Shown here one piece after another: positions 40,267-55,440 of a stretch of DNA of 64,000 nucleotides; position 1 is the stretch's first letter; every line of letters begins with the position of its first letter. The position numbers and the translations under genes were made by a program. Under the pieces are notes generated by a model. That model saw only the letters and a list, made by a program, of their open reading frames with translations, ran no database searches and was not told the DNA's origin. Source of the DNA: Eledone cirrhosa (lineage: Eukaryota); the NCBI GenBank assembly GCA_964016885.1, contig OZ024741.1, positions 138,322,001 to 138,386,000 on the forward strand, given 5' to 3'.

Positions 40267-40792
40267 ATACTTTGGGAGGGTCATGTTGCCAATAAGAAAC
40301 ACACGCACCAGTTGCTTTCACTTCAATTTAATTTAATATATATTTATAAATTTACAAATTTATAAATTTCTGGTTGGTTGGTTGGTTCCACAACCAGATA
40401 GTTGTTTATATATATATAGTCATAGTTCTTTTGTCACACACTCTGTGACCTCTTCAGTGACTGGGGATTTCTTTCTTCGTTTCTGTGCCTTTCCTTTCTT
40501 CTATCCTACGCCAAAAACGAAGAAAGAAATCCCCAGTCACTGAAGAGGTCACAGAGTGTGTGACGAAAGAACTATGACTATATATATATAAACAACTATC
40601 TGGTTGTGGAACCAACCAACCAACCAGAAATTTATAAATTTGTAAATTTATAAATATATATTAAATTAAATTGAAGTGAAAGCAACTGGTGCGTGTGTTT
40701 CTTATTGGCAACATGACCCTCCCAAAGTATAACAATATCGGTTTCAACACACGATTTCAGATAAAGAATCTTGCTAAACAAATTCAGAAACG

Positions 40793-40795
<3 letters not shown>
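40261..40795 (+). mobile_element. Non-coding palindromic PLE unit (family B)
   Basis: Arms 40261-40482 and 40515-40736; tail to 40795; (TA)n flanks. Confidence 0.85.
40535..40579 (+). ncRNA. Minimal type I hammerhead ribozyme
   Basis: AGTCA-CTGAAGA-G-GTCACA-GAGTG-TGTGAC-GAAA-GAAC-TA-TGACT; the mirror copy has GAAA>AAAA. Confidence 0.85.
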
Positions 40796-40832
<37 letters not shown>

Positions 40833-40834
<2 letters not shown>

Positions 40835-42346
40835 CAAAGACATCATAGTATATACCCCATATAGAGTAGAGCCTAACGATATGGCGTGCAGAAATGCCAA
40901 TAGTGAGGGCGCCTCCATAGGTAGAATAATTGACCCGGTAGCAGTAGCCAGGAACACAAATAACAACACTACTAACATTAATGACAAAGGACCGACCAGA
41001 GATAGGACTAAGGCACCCATGGGAGCCAGATCACCCGATGTGCGGAGGCATAGGCATGGCGCGCACACTGCATACTCAGTGGAAACTGGGACCTTTGACA
41101 GAACTTCGACAAATAAAAACGGGGCACACGCCACGGAGCACGAACAGCCTAGTTCTAGTGCCACAGCACCGACAATACCATCACATAGACCTAAGGGGAA
41201 TAGAGGTATAGATAACCACATAGAACTACGTAAATTTACAACTGTAGAACATAACCACGACGAACGTAGCAGGCTAAAAGACAGGGACATCACACGAGAC
41301 GAAATTGAGGTGGGGCAGAGAACTGGACCGGCACCGAGCCCTAGAAACAACATGAATCCACGCCCACGAAGGAACAGATCTAAGGCCGTTACCTGTTTCA
41401 ATGCGCCTTACTCTAAACATGTACACACCAACGTGCCAGGACGTTTCTTCCGAGCGCTGCATGAGTGCTTTCCGACGACAAATAAGTACCACAAAATCTT
41501 CAACCGCCACACGGTGAAATTTTCCTTCTCCACAGCGCCGAATATGGCTGACTACATGGCTAGAACTAACGCGGGGAAGATGGCGCACACTGGCCGTCAA
41601 CCGCGACGACAGAGTGACCATGTTTCGGAGCGCGAAGAACCACCTAGGGACCTACCTTCAAATGACAACCCGGCCCCCGAGGCGACCAGAGCGCCCGCCG
41701 AGGTCGATATGGTCCAACACCGAGAGGGAAATAGTGGCATTACACATGTGACGGCGGTGCAGCACACTGAGAACCCTGAGAGGGCCATTACAGATCGGGG
41801 CCCGGACATCGGACGCACAAGAACTGACAGCAGAACTTGCAACTGTAGAGCGTGCACCCAGTGCCCCCTACAGGGAAGATGCTTAATGAAGGACTTAGTA
41901 TACAAGTGTGTGGTTACGACCCATAATGCGCATCGAACCTACATAGGCGCAACATCCACGACCTTTAAATTGCGGATGTATAATCACACGAATTCCTTCA
42001 GGGACCGTAGCAAAATGCACTCCAAAAGGTTAGCGGACCTCGTGTGGGACATGAAAGACCACGGCACCCCATACGCTCTGGAATGGAGTATCGTTCGCCA
42101 CGCGCGTGCATATTCGGCCGGAAGTAGAAAGTGCCGACTGTGCCTCTACACGAGGCCATGGAGATAGTCAGACTAAAGGATGACGCCGTCAACCTGAAGT
42201 CTGAAATTATCATGACATGCAGACACAAGAGAAGATGCACTTTGAAACATGGAATCCGCCGGGTGACGCAGCCAGGGAGCACGAGAATGAGAACGTACAG
42301 ACCCGATTGGCCTAGCGGGATTAGGGGACATGACGACATACCATGA
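40833..42346 (+). pseudogene. PLE polyprotein C-terminus with GIY-YIG endonuclease (frameshift at about 42150)
   Basis: FNAPYSKHVHTN..KYHKIFNRHTVKFSFS..PNM; CNCRACTQCPLQGRC; LVY..YIG..FKLRMYNH; CRLCL; CRH. Confidence 0.9.
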
Positions 42347-43154
42347 TGACGACGTCCGACCCGCGGGGTAATCATATGTAGACCGGGTGCGCATGTGATC
42401 GGGCACGCAACATTGGAAGATGCACCGGGGCAGGCTGACACGGGGCCCACTGCCGCCCAGACCTGTGCACTAAACGTTAAGAACAGCACACCCCAGACAC
42501 GGTGCCATGTCCCATGGCGACCGTGGCGGGCGTTACATTTAATATGTACACCGTCAATTGTGACTATATACTCTACACTTACTCCACTTTGGAAAAGTGA
42601 TTGTTAATATTGTTATATCATTGTTTTATTACTGTTACCTGTTGTATACACGGACACGAGCTTGCATCCGATAATGCCTGTGTGTAGTTCGTCACATGGA
42701 CGCACGCACCTTCTCATATGCCCTCCCCCCCCGTTTTTTTCGTATTTTTCTTTTTTAGCCTTTTTTATTTTTTATTTTACCCGTTCCTTTATTTTACCCC
42801 TTCTTTTCCTGTACCTATTTATGCAGTTACATACAGATTTAATGTACCCTAAAATATTGTAAATTTATTTACGTATTTTATTTTATTATCATATTGTCTT
42901 TATGTTCACGAGTTTTTTTATGTGTCGACACATGTGTGTGTGTATATGTGCGTTTGTGTGTGTGTGTAGATGTGTATGTATGTATATATATATGCGTGGG
43001 TGGGTGTTGGGGTGTATGTATGGGCATGGGTGCGTGGGTGCACTAGATTATGCGCGCCTGTATGTGCAGACATGTGCATATATATACATATGTGGCAGAA
43101 TGTGGGTGTATGTGTGTGTGGGGGTGTGTGTATACGTGTATCTATATATGACCA

Positions 43155-43680
43155 TATATACATTGCATCAAACATCGTCTCCTCTAACAACAAAAAACTC
43201 AACCCCTATGGAAGAAATAACCTAAATAGCAGTGGAGAGCCGACCAGGAGGTGCAACTGTCCTGATGGATCCATTTTCCCCCTCCACAACAGTGGCAGAG
43301 ATCGTCATGTGATCTACCAGTGCTACGTGAGGACGGACACCTCCAATAAAGCTTATATAGGATTAACCGCATGTGACTTCACGCTCGGCATTACCAACAC
43401 AGACATACTTTCCGAAACCCGTCCCGGCGTCACGCCACCACACTTTCGGGCCACATCTGGCACCTCAAAGATAATAATATTACCTATGATCTCACTTGGA
43501 GCTTACTGTCCAGAGCCAACTCTTACACGAGAGGACGCCATCCGTGCAATTTATGCTCGGTGGAAACTTTACAAATGATGTTTTCGCCGGACCAACTCCT
43601 AAACAAGAAAGACGAACTGGTAACTGCATGCAAACACAGATTGCATAGGACCTACCTCACCCTCATACCCCATAATGACC
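43155..43680 (+). pseudogene. PLE GIY-YIG fragment (frameshifted)
   Basis: CNCPD..VIYQC..YIGLT; then HYQH..TTLSGHIW..CNLCSVE..LLNKKDELVTACKH. Confidence 0.85.
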
Positions 43681-45016
<1,336 letters not shown>

Positions 45017-45441
45017 ATGTGCGAGTAAGTACGTATAGCCACATATGCTTAGGTGTGTGTGTATGTGTGTGCGGGAGGGTAAGTGCGCGTATATATGTGT
45101 GGATGTGTATGGGTGTATATATGTGAATGTGTGTGTGGGTGCAGGTGCATGCATTTACGGGCCTCTATATGTGTGTATATCTATTTGTGCATACATGTAA
45201 GTGTTTATGTGCATCTCTTGGGAATGTGTGCAGATGTTTATATATGGACTATATATGTTTTTTTCATTATTATTATTATTCATGTTTTATTATTTTATCA
45301 CATATCCTCTATTCATACCCGTATATATGCGTATATGTACGTATGAGTCTGTGTACGCGTGCGTCTGTGTATGTGTGTGTATATATATATATACATACGT
45401 AGGTGCGTATATAAGTGTGTGTGAGTATGTATGTATAATAG

Positions 45442-45538
<97 letters not shown>

Positions 45539-46039
45539 AATGTATATGTATACCACATTGTATATTATATTTCATTGTATATTTTTCTTATTTGATTATA
45601 CTGCTTTAAGTTATTATACTGTTTTATGTTATTATACTGTTTTTTATTGCATAATGTATTTTCAACTGTTCACTTACAGATGGGTTTATATATGTACATG
45701 TATATGTGGTGACACTTCTGTGTGTGTAGGCAGATGTGCATGCGCGCAGGTGTATCCATGCGGCAGCATGTATGCGTACGCATGTGTAGATGTATGTATA
45801 TCGGCCTATGCGGGGGTATTTGTATGTACATGTGTGGGTGTGCGTATGCATGTTAAGTTGTCCTTTTTTTCTTTTTTGTGTGTATATATGTGTGTATATA
45901 TATATATATATATGTGTGTGTGTCTAGGTACGTGTGTAGGCAATATTTATGTATGTATGTGTTCGTAAGTGTGTGTGGACATGTATGAGTTTAGGTTTGT
46001 GTATATATGTGTGCGTATGTATGTATGTGTGTGTATATA

Positions 46040-46077
<38 letters not shown>

Positions 46078-46206
46078 GTTATCTAATGAACAACATAAGA
46101 TAATTATTTCGTTTACCAATGGTTTCTTGAATGCAAACGATATTTGCTTTCATTCACCAGATTGAAAAAATCCTAAGTGTGTATATATGTGTGTATACGC
46201 AAGTGT

Positions 46207-46812
46207 CAGGTCACCAGTTGGTGCTACTGGTAACATGTATCCCAGTACAACCTGTCCCATGGTCGGGTCGTTGGCGACTAAACTGGCAACCCCACCAAGG
46301 TTTCTTGGTGAGGAGGGTGACTTTGGACATCCTGCAGGACTAAAAACAAAACCTGTCAAAGGGCAAAGGAGCTCTTAAGAGTCAATGGCCATCCAAAATC
46401 ACCGGGAGAGATGACCCCTTAGCCTTTGTCAAGGCAGAATTCTAGGAGAAGGAAAACTCTGATATAACACCTGCAACCCTGATGGTATCCAATGATGTTG
46501 ACTTGTTCTTCTTTTTGGTAAATATCATCTTGGTTAAGAGAGTGGGACTGGCTTTGTGCAGTGCCTTTGCTCACTATAAAAGCTTCACGGCACAGGCATT
46601 GCTTTATATCTGGAGATCTCTCTGCACTTGTCGTCACATGGTACCATGGGCCCAGCACTATGTGTCAGTAATTGTCACAAGTGTAGTGTTTGTACCAGAG
46701 TTTTCAAGTCGCTGGCTGGACTAAAAAGTCACACTCGTTCAGCGCATCGGTAGGGGTTCTCCTACATGGATATAAAGTAGTGGCCGTACTCGAAAACGAG
46801 TTGGCAGCCACC
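46207..46812 (+). mobile_element. Full-length bipartite non-autonomous RTE derivative
   Basis: 12-bp TSD ATACGCAAGTGT (46195-46206 and 46813-46824); RTE-like 5'UTR plus C2H2 C-terminus CSVCTRVFKSLAGLKSHTRSAH. Confidence 0.8.
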
Positions 46813-46877
46813 ATACGCAAGTGTGTATATATGTATGTGAATGTATGTGTGTATGTATATATGCGTATGGATGAGTT

Positions 46878-46919
<42 letters not shown>

Positions 46920-47103
46920 AATGTATAGAAGGTTGGCTGTATGTGTCTGTGTGCGCGCATGTGTATGTATATATGTGTACGTTTGAATAGGGCATGCTTA
47001 CCCAATTGATACAGATCAGTCAGAAGGCTCGTGGCGGCATGTATCAACAAGTGTGTGTGACTGGGTCTATGGGAGTGAGGGAGAGAGGGTGTGTGAGTAT
47101 ATA

Positions 47104-47287
47104 TAATTGTTTCTACTTTAGGCACAAGGCCAGCAATTACCCAGTGCATTACTGGTATTTTATTTTATCGACCCTGTAAGGATGAAAGGCAAAGTCAACC
47201 TCGGCGGGATTTGAACTCAGATCATAAAGGGACGTAACTATGCTGGAAAGCATGGCGTCCGACCCTCTACCGATACTGCCAATCCAT
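47104..47287 (-). mobile_element. tRNA-derived SINE
   Basis: Same family as 6980-7160. Confidence 0.9.
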
Positions 47288-47630
47288 ATAATGCGATGTA
47301 TGTATGTAGCCGTATGGGTGTCTGGGCATGTAGACGTACGAGTGTGAATGCATAGATAGAATGTGTGTTATTATGCGTTTATTCTAGTATGTGTAGGTGC
47401 TTACCCTGAAGTGTGAGCAGTCGTGTGAAGTACTGAACCCAGCAAGACTCCATTGAAATGTGTCGGACGGAAAATGGTTGATGAACCGTGTGGCAGCAGA
47501 TACTGACCAGAACTTGTGATGACGTGAGTAAAAACAGCCAATGGCATGACAAGAGTGGAAAGAGGGTATTTTGAGGGTGTTGCTTTGATTATAACACCCC
47601 AGTGCTAACATTTGCTCCGGACATAACACC

Positions 47631-47721
47631 CGTGTCTGAAAGAACCCGCATAAATAGAATCAGCGAGATCCACACAGGGACCATGACTCGAGCTACATGC
47701 CGCCGAAACATTTGTAACACG
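47631..47721 (+). ncRNA. Degenerate hammerhead with long stem II
   Basis: CGTGT-CTGAAAGA-..-GAAA-CATTTG-TA-ACACG. Confidence 0.5.
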
Positions 47722-47843
47722 AAATAAAATAAGTCCAGATGCATCACTGATTTTTCGATTTTTTATAATATATACACTCTACTCTAAATGAATATCGAGT
47801 GCTAATTTTGGCATACCGCATACGGAAGCACCATAGCTACCAC

Positions 47844-48503
<660 letters not shown>

Positions 48504-48616
48504 TTCCAGCTCTGCGCACCTAACTTCTGCATGAACCCAGCCACCCAGCCACCAGCCTCCTCTCATATCTCCTCAACTATCTCTATCTCTCTCTTTGAGA
48601 TTGGTTACTCTTGAAC

Positions 48617-48662
<46 letters not shown>

Positions 48663-48744
48663 TCTTATATATCTGATATATATTTATCCTTATCGAGCCC
48701 TCTTTGGATTTTAGTCTTCAAATTTATTATTATTACTATATATG

Positions 48745-48932
48745 ATGGTGGATTGGCAGTATCGGTAGAGGGTTGGAGCCCATGCTTTCCAGCATAGTTA
48801 CGTCCCTTTACGATCTGAGTTCAAATCCCGCCGAGGTTGACTTTGCCTTTCATCCTTACGGGGTCGATAAAATAAAGTACCAGTAATGCACTGGGTATTT
48901 GCTGGCCTTGTGCCTAAAGTAGAAACAATTAT
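48745..48932 (+). mobile_element. tRNA-derived SINE
   Basis: Same family as 6980-7160. Confidence 0.9.
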
Positions 48933-48972
<40 letters not shown>

Positions 48973-49511
48973 CAAAATAATATTACAAAAACAAAACAAC
49001 GGTATATATATATATACGGTCGTTTTGTTTTTCTAATATTATTTATCACCCGTCACCTGTGGTACATGCTGCTTCGAATTATCTTGTATGTGTTTGGTGC
49101 GCTAGAACCAAATTTGATTTTCATACAAATATCATTCTTTCTTGCATATCAGAATATTAGGAGATGATCTGTTGTACCGTTGGCCTAGCATTTTACTGTT
49201 ATTTAATAAAAGAAGAGAATATTGTCATCAAACGTCTTGTGAGCTAGTAACTTCTGTCAGATTTTGTAGATAATTTAATTTCTGAGTGTTAGCTGAATTT
49301 CTTAACTATTGCCATTAGACCGATCTGGTCTTTAGGGGCTGCTACTTTGGTCATACTCAGTTTTTCAACACGGGGATTCAAAACAAACTTAGATATCTCT
49401 TTTGTAGATCGCTGATGCTGCTGATTTTATTTACTGCGGGTTGAATTGGAGGTAACCACAGTAAGTAAGGTACTCAATACATAGCAGAGTATAAAAGTTT
49501 TAATAAAGAAG

Positions 49512-49610
49512 AGCTTCTACAGGACTAGAACTGTTTCATTCGGGGGAAATCATCAGGAAGCTTCCTGATGTTTTCTCACGAATGAAACAGTTCTGGTCCT
49601 ATAGAAGCTC
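49512..49610. ncRNA. Head-to-head family C hammerheads overlapping at GAAGCTTC
   Basis: Minus copy 49512-49562 has an intact CTGATGA/GAAA core; plus copy 49559-49609 has CTGATGT. Confidence 0.75.
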
Positions 49611-49611
49611 G

Positions 49612-50261
<650 letters not shown>

Positions 50262-51578
50262 TATACAGTTATTTGGTTTCGTCCTCTACTTGATGAAGGG
50301 CGGCCGGGCGAAAACAATGTATGCATATGTGTGTGTGTGAATACGCAAGTTTATACATATATGTATGTGTGTGTGTGTGCATATGCACGTCTACATATAT
50401 CTGCCTGTGCATTTATGTTTGCAGGTATTCGGCTGCTCAAGTCTATTTTTTTATGCTATGTGTTTATGAAAATGATGAAAATATCCACATATATGAATTG
50501 CACAACTCCACACATACCCCCACATCGCCCACACTCACAAGTGGCCTCTCAATCCTACTTAAACTGGACTAAAGTATTTCAACGCTGTCATATTTCAATA
50601 ATCTTTTCTCTGACTCCCTTTAGCTATAACGTTCTCAGCTGCTGACAACGAATTTACTCAAGCTAGACATTCTTTATTGATTTTCGCCTTATAATATTAC
50701 AATGTAGCAGTTTCATTTTACAGGGATATTTAAGGAAAATAATAAACGAAAAAATAATGAATGAAAAAAGTAATTTTTAGTCATATATTTACTCCCCTGG
50801 TTTGTTATTCTTATTCGCTTCTCAGCAAATATTTGAAGTTTATTCTGTATCTAGTAAGTCTATGTCGTCAAAGCTGATGGCGATTCACATATGTATTAAA
50901 AGTTATTCATAGGCATGGCTTCTATCAAGGCATGAAAAAAGAGTGGTCGGAGTTTAACAGTTTCGATACTAAATCACCCGACAATGCCCTTAGTTATTTG
51001 GTACTAAAGCGTTTATTTTAAAGATTATTTATACAAAAACAACCCATAATAATTTCGTTGAAGAAATTATATCAAGTTATATTCTGAACACCAAATAATA
51101 ATGAGCAATATAGATATATTAATAAATATATCCAAATTCCTGATTGATTTCAAAGTGTTTTGTAATTAAAGGTCGTGTATAACTTTAAAAATATGGTAAC
51201 AGAAGAGTTATACGCAAGTCTTTCTGGTTATTTCTTCATAATCAATGTTCATTTCTCCTATAATTAAACTATATTCCAGTTGTATTAAAATAGCTATTCG
51301 TTTGAACACGAAAAAAATAAATATATTTCAGCAATTAAATAAGAACATCTTCTCACCGTGACTTTAATAATCAGCAAAATGGAAAATTTATATTATTCTA
51401 CAGAATGTAATTTTAATGCGAATAGAAATATCATTATCGAATTTATTTTTTAAAAAGCAAAGACATCTATTTTATTAGGATATTCTGTTAAAATGTAGCA
51501 TAGATAATGCAAATACAACTGAGATACGAGCGCATCTTAACCTACACACGCATACACACGCACAAACACACACATACA

Positions 51579-51657
<79 letters not shown>

Positions 51658-52494
51658 GGGGGTAGAGAGGGGGGGAGGGAATGAAAATGCATATTATGAT
51701 GGTTGATACTAAAATCCTGCTTATTACAAATATTTAGTTACAGTGAGCCAGTTTTGATTCGAATATAATCAGAGTTTACATGCACTATATATAGAGGTAG
51801 TTAATTTATAACGGCGTGTTATATTGTTGTTGCTATTTGTTGGAGCTCAACATAATACTAAATATCATATAGTAATATATTCTGACTTCTTTAATATCTG
51901 ATTAATAATTTTTATTCAAAATATCAAATGTAAATCTTCTAAGCAGGAGATTGGTAGGCCTGTAATCTCCGAATAAGTCTTTAGTCCGCAATTCTATTTT
52001 CCATTAATCTTCTCTCAGATATATTTTCTCCTGTATTTGTGCGTCCATTGCTATTTTTTATGTATATTGAATATACAGTTTCTATATACACAATTTATAC
52101 TTAGACACACACATACACACAATTCCAGCCACCATGCCAATACATAAACGCACTCACACAACATTCTTATACACCAGCCACCACTCGTTTTTACATTTAT
52201 ACACATATAAAGCTCACATTCCTTCTCATACATGTGCATTTGCTGCTTATTAGAAAAGTTCGTCCTCCATACATACAATATACGTACGCACGCATGCTGT
52301 TGTGGTTGAAATATCGCAGCGTCGTACATGATGTCTTGTGGTATCGCTGTCATCTATAACAACGGCATGGGACAGAGCGACGTGTATGCATGCACCGCCG
52401 CCTTTCCTTTCCTGCGACAGATTAAGATCGTTTCAATGTGTGTGTATGTGTGTGTTTGCATATCTGTATATGTACACACAATTACACATACATA

Positions 52495-52675
52495 TAATTG
52501 TTTCTTCTTTTGGCACAAGGCCAGCAATTATACCAGTGTATTACTGGTGCTTTATTTTATCGACCACGTAGGGATGAAAGGCAAAGTTAACGTCGGTGGG
52601 ATTTGAAATCAGACCATAAAGGGCCCTAACTCTTTGCTGCAAAGCATGGTGTCAGACCCTCTACCGATACTGCCA
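52495..52675 (-). mobile_element. tRNA-derived SINE
   Basis: Same family as 6980-7160. Confidence 0.85.
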
Positions 52676-53077
52676 GTGTGTGTATGAATATAAATATGCA
52701 ACCGCATGCACGCCTACACACATACACAGTCGGATTCTCATTGCCACACCCTTTATTAGTGAACCCATGTGTGAGTTTGTTTGTGCAAACAAATTCCCAC
52801 ATCTACACACATAATCACACTCATGTTAATTAAAAATGTACACGAATAAGTCACTTTTTAATCTCGCTCATATTTAAGATAAATTGCTGTGTTTTCATCT
52901 TCTTACACTTGTTTTTCTTTCTTTTTATTTTCTACCTTTCTTACTCTCTTCTGATGAAGTAATACCGCCCAAAACGAAAGACTATATAAAGTATTTAATT
53001 ATTGCGTGTTGCTCTCCATCATCGAATTTTCGCAAAGGTATGTTTATGTATATGCGTGTATATATACACAGCCATTT

Positions 53078-53118
<41 letters not shown>

Positions 53119-53149
53119 AAAAATGTGTGTAATCCTTGGTACAGTTAGG

Positions 53150-53568
53150 TATATTAAGACAGGGGGAAGAAAAAATGGCTTCACTTGTGCTTTCAACAAA
53201 TTTATTTTCTTCACAAAATCCAAAAAGAATTTTTCTTAAAAAAAATTATTTTATAAATTAAGTTGTTGGTTGTTGGTTAGGTCTTAGGAGTTCTTGGTTA
53301 ACGTAGGAGGTATTGTTTCGTTTTTAGAAAGACCTTTCACGCTGAGGTGCGCTTGTCAAACTGTTTGACAAGCGCACCTCAGCGTGAAAGGTCTTTCTAA
53401 AAACGAAACAATACCTCCTACGTTAACCAAGAACTCCTAAGACCTAACCAACAACCAACAACTTAATTTATAAAATAATTTTTTTTAAGAAAAATTCTTT
53501 TGGGATTTTGTGAAGAAAATAAATTTGTTGAAAGCACAAGTGAAGCCATTTTTTCTTCCCCCCCTGTC

Positions 53569-53575
<7 letters not shown>
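53150..53575. repeat. About 425-bp near-perfect palindrome (PLE-like fold-back)
   Basis: Centre near 53362 (GTCAAAC-T-GTTTGAC); followed by (TA)n. Confidence 0.85.
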
Positions 53576-53623
<48 letters not shown>

Positions 53624-53665
53624 GGATATGTGTTCCTACACGCACATTCTTCGAATGAAAAGAAA

Positions 53666-53745
53666 CTTCTGACGAGAATCTTTCTTTGCAACGAAGGCCG
53701 TATGGTCTCCGTTTATTTTTGAGATTCGAAACCGATTCGATAAAG
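53666..53745 (+). ncRNA. Hammerhead ribozyme with extended stem II
   Basis: CTT-CTGACGA-GAATCT..AGGCC-GTAT-GGTCT..AGATTC-GAAA-CCGATTCGA-TA-AAG. Confidence 0.7.
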
Positions 53746-53814
53746 GTAACTATAGTAAGTAAAGTCAATTTTTTAAAATTTATTTTCAAACTTTTTCATT
53801 ATTTGCTAAACCTG

Positions 53815-53902
<88 letters not shown>

Positions 53903-54008
53903 AAAAAAGTTAGGACCCCAACGGCTGGAGCTCGGCCGTCGTGGTCCTGACTCTTTTACCACTCCACTAATCTAAGTATTTAGTAATCTGGTGCGTTATG
54001 GTCTACAT

Positions 54009-54337
54009 CAGGGGTTCTAAACCTGGTCCATCTGGACTACTAGTGGTCCACAGGTAAATTCAGGTGGTCCACAGAAAATTTTCAATAGCAAATTCTTTTT
54101 TGATCCATGCATTTGACTTAAAACGCTGTTCTTATTCTTCGCATAAGTACGACTTCAGCTGTTTATTTGCGTAGATTTATAGGCACTGCGACATAATAAT
54201 ATCATTTTATAATTCATTGAAAAAAAACATCTAGTGATGCTTATAATTAGTACAACAGATTTAAAAGTTTAGGTGGTCCACAGGAAAAAATTACTTATTT
54301 TGGTGGTCCACAGCGAAAAAAAGGTTGAGAACCCCTG
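54009..54337. mobile_element. hAT (Buster/Charlie-type) MITE
   Basis: TIRs CAGGGGTTCT(A/C)AACCT; 8-bp TSD GTCTACAT with central TA; subterminal GTGGTCCAC repeats. Confidence 0.9.
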
Positions 54338-54382
54338 GTCTACATGGTATCTTTTAACGCCCTTTTTATTTTATATATATAT

Positions 54383-54857
54383 ATGGAGCAACACCGCACC
54401 AGGGTGCTCTTGCCGTAAGCCTGAAGATTGCCATCTTCAACAGCAATGCAACGCACCAGCTGTAATCTATGAAGCTGTGGTCACTTCCAACCAACCAAAC
54501 GAACCACAGGAGGTCAAATCCTATGTGGGCATGGCGGAGGGCCGATTCAAGGAACGTTTCCTGAACCACCAGTCTAACTTCAGATACCCGGACAGACGTT
54601 CATCCACGAAACTCCCGAGCCACGTATGGTCCCTCAAGGACTCAAGTATAGAAGATTACTCAATTCAATGGAAAGCCATCAATAAGTCCAAGCCGTATGC
54701 AAGGGGAAATCCGACGTGTGGCTTATGTATTGACGAACGAATAACTATTCTAAAGAGATTACGTAATACTGATTGCCTAAACACGAGAGGTGCATTTTTC
54801 ACACGTTGACCACACGTCGCCAAACACCTAATGCATAACTACAAGGCTCTGGACTGA
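54383..54857 (+). pseudogene. PLE GIY-YIG endonuclease C-terminus
   Basis: CSCRKPEDCHLQQQC, VIYEA..YVG..FKERFLNH, CGLCIDE, LNTR..R*PH. Confidence 0.88.
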
Positions 54858-55019
54858 TTCTTTGTAATTTTATTTTCAACCTAAAAACTTTTCGGACTTT
54901 CGCAGTTATCTCACTTACACCTCTCGCACGAAGTCTAGTATTGCCTGTGTGATGTTACCGGGTTTCTGCGCATGCGCGTTCGTACAGTTGTCCTTCCTGT
55001 TCCTATAACCATGCCCATT

Positions 55020-55059
55020 CCGAGCTGAAGTTCCGTTAAGGTGAAACAATTGTTCTCGG
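55020..55059 (+). ncRNA. Hammerhead ribozyme (A9U variant) downstream of the GIY-YIG ORF
   Basis: CCGAG-CTGAAGT-TCC-GTTAA-GGT-GAAA-CAATTG-TT-CTCGG. Confidence 0.65.
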
Positions 55060-55188
55060 TATGGTGAACTAACTGTTGTGTAACCACTTCTACCTAACTC
55101 GACCCTTGGACTGAGTGCTCTACCACTACGGATATTACCTTCCAGTGTTTCACGACTATATATATATATATATATGTGTGTGTAGATA

Positions 55189-55248
<60 letters not shown>

Positions 55249-55261
55249 TATCTACACACAC

Positions 55262-55311
<50 letters not shown>

Positions 55312-55324
55312 GTGTGTGTAGATA

Positions 55325-55395
<71 letters not shown>

Positions 55396-55407
55396 ACATA
55401 TATATCT

Positions 55408-55440
<33 letters not shown>

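Noticed and set aside
40689-40832. N-terminus of the 492-aa ORF
   Set aside because: Chance in-frame read-through of a pseudo-LTR and (TA)n.
50285-50325. TTGATGA..GAAA motif
   Set aside because: Stem II does not pair.
52948-52992. CTGATGA..CGAAA motif
   Set aside because: Stems II and III are too weak; likely a dead PLE HHR.
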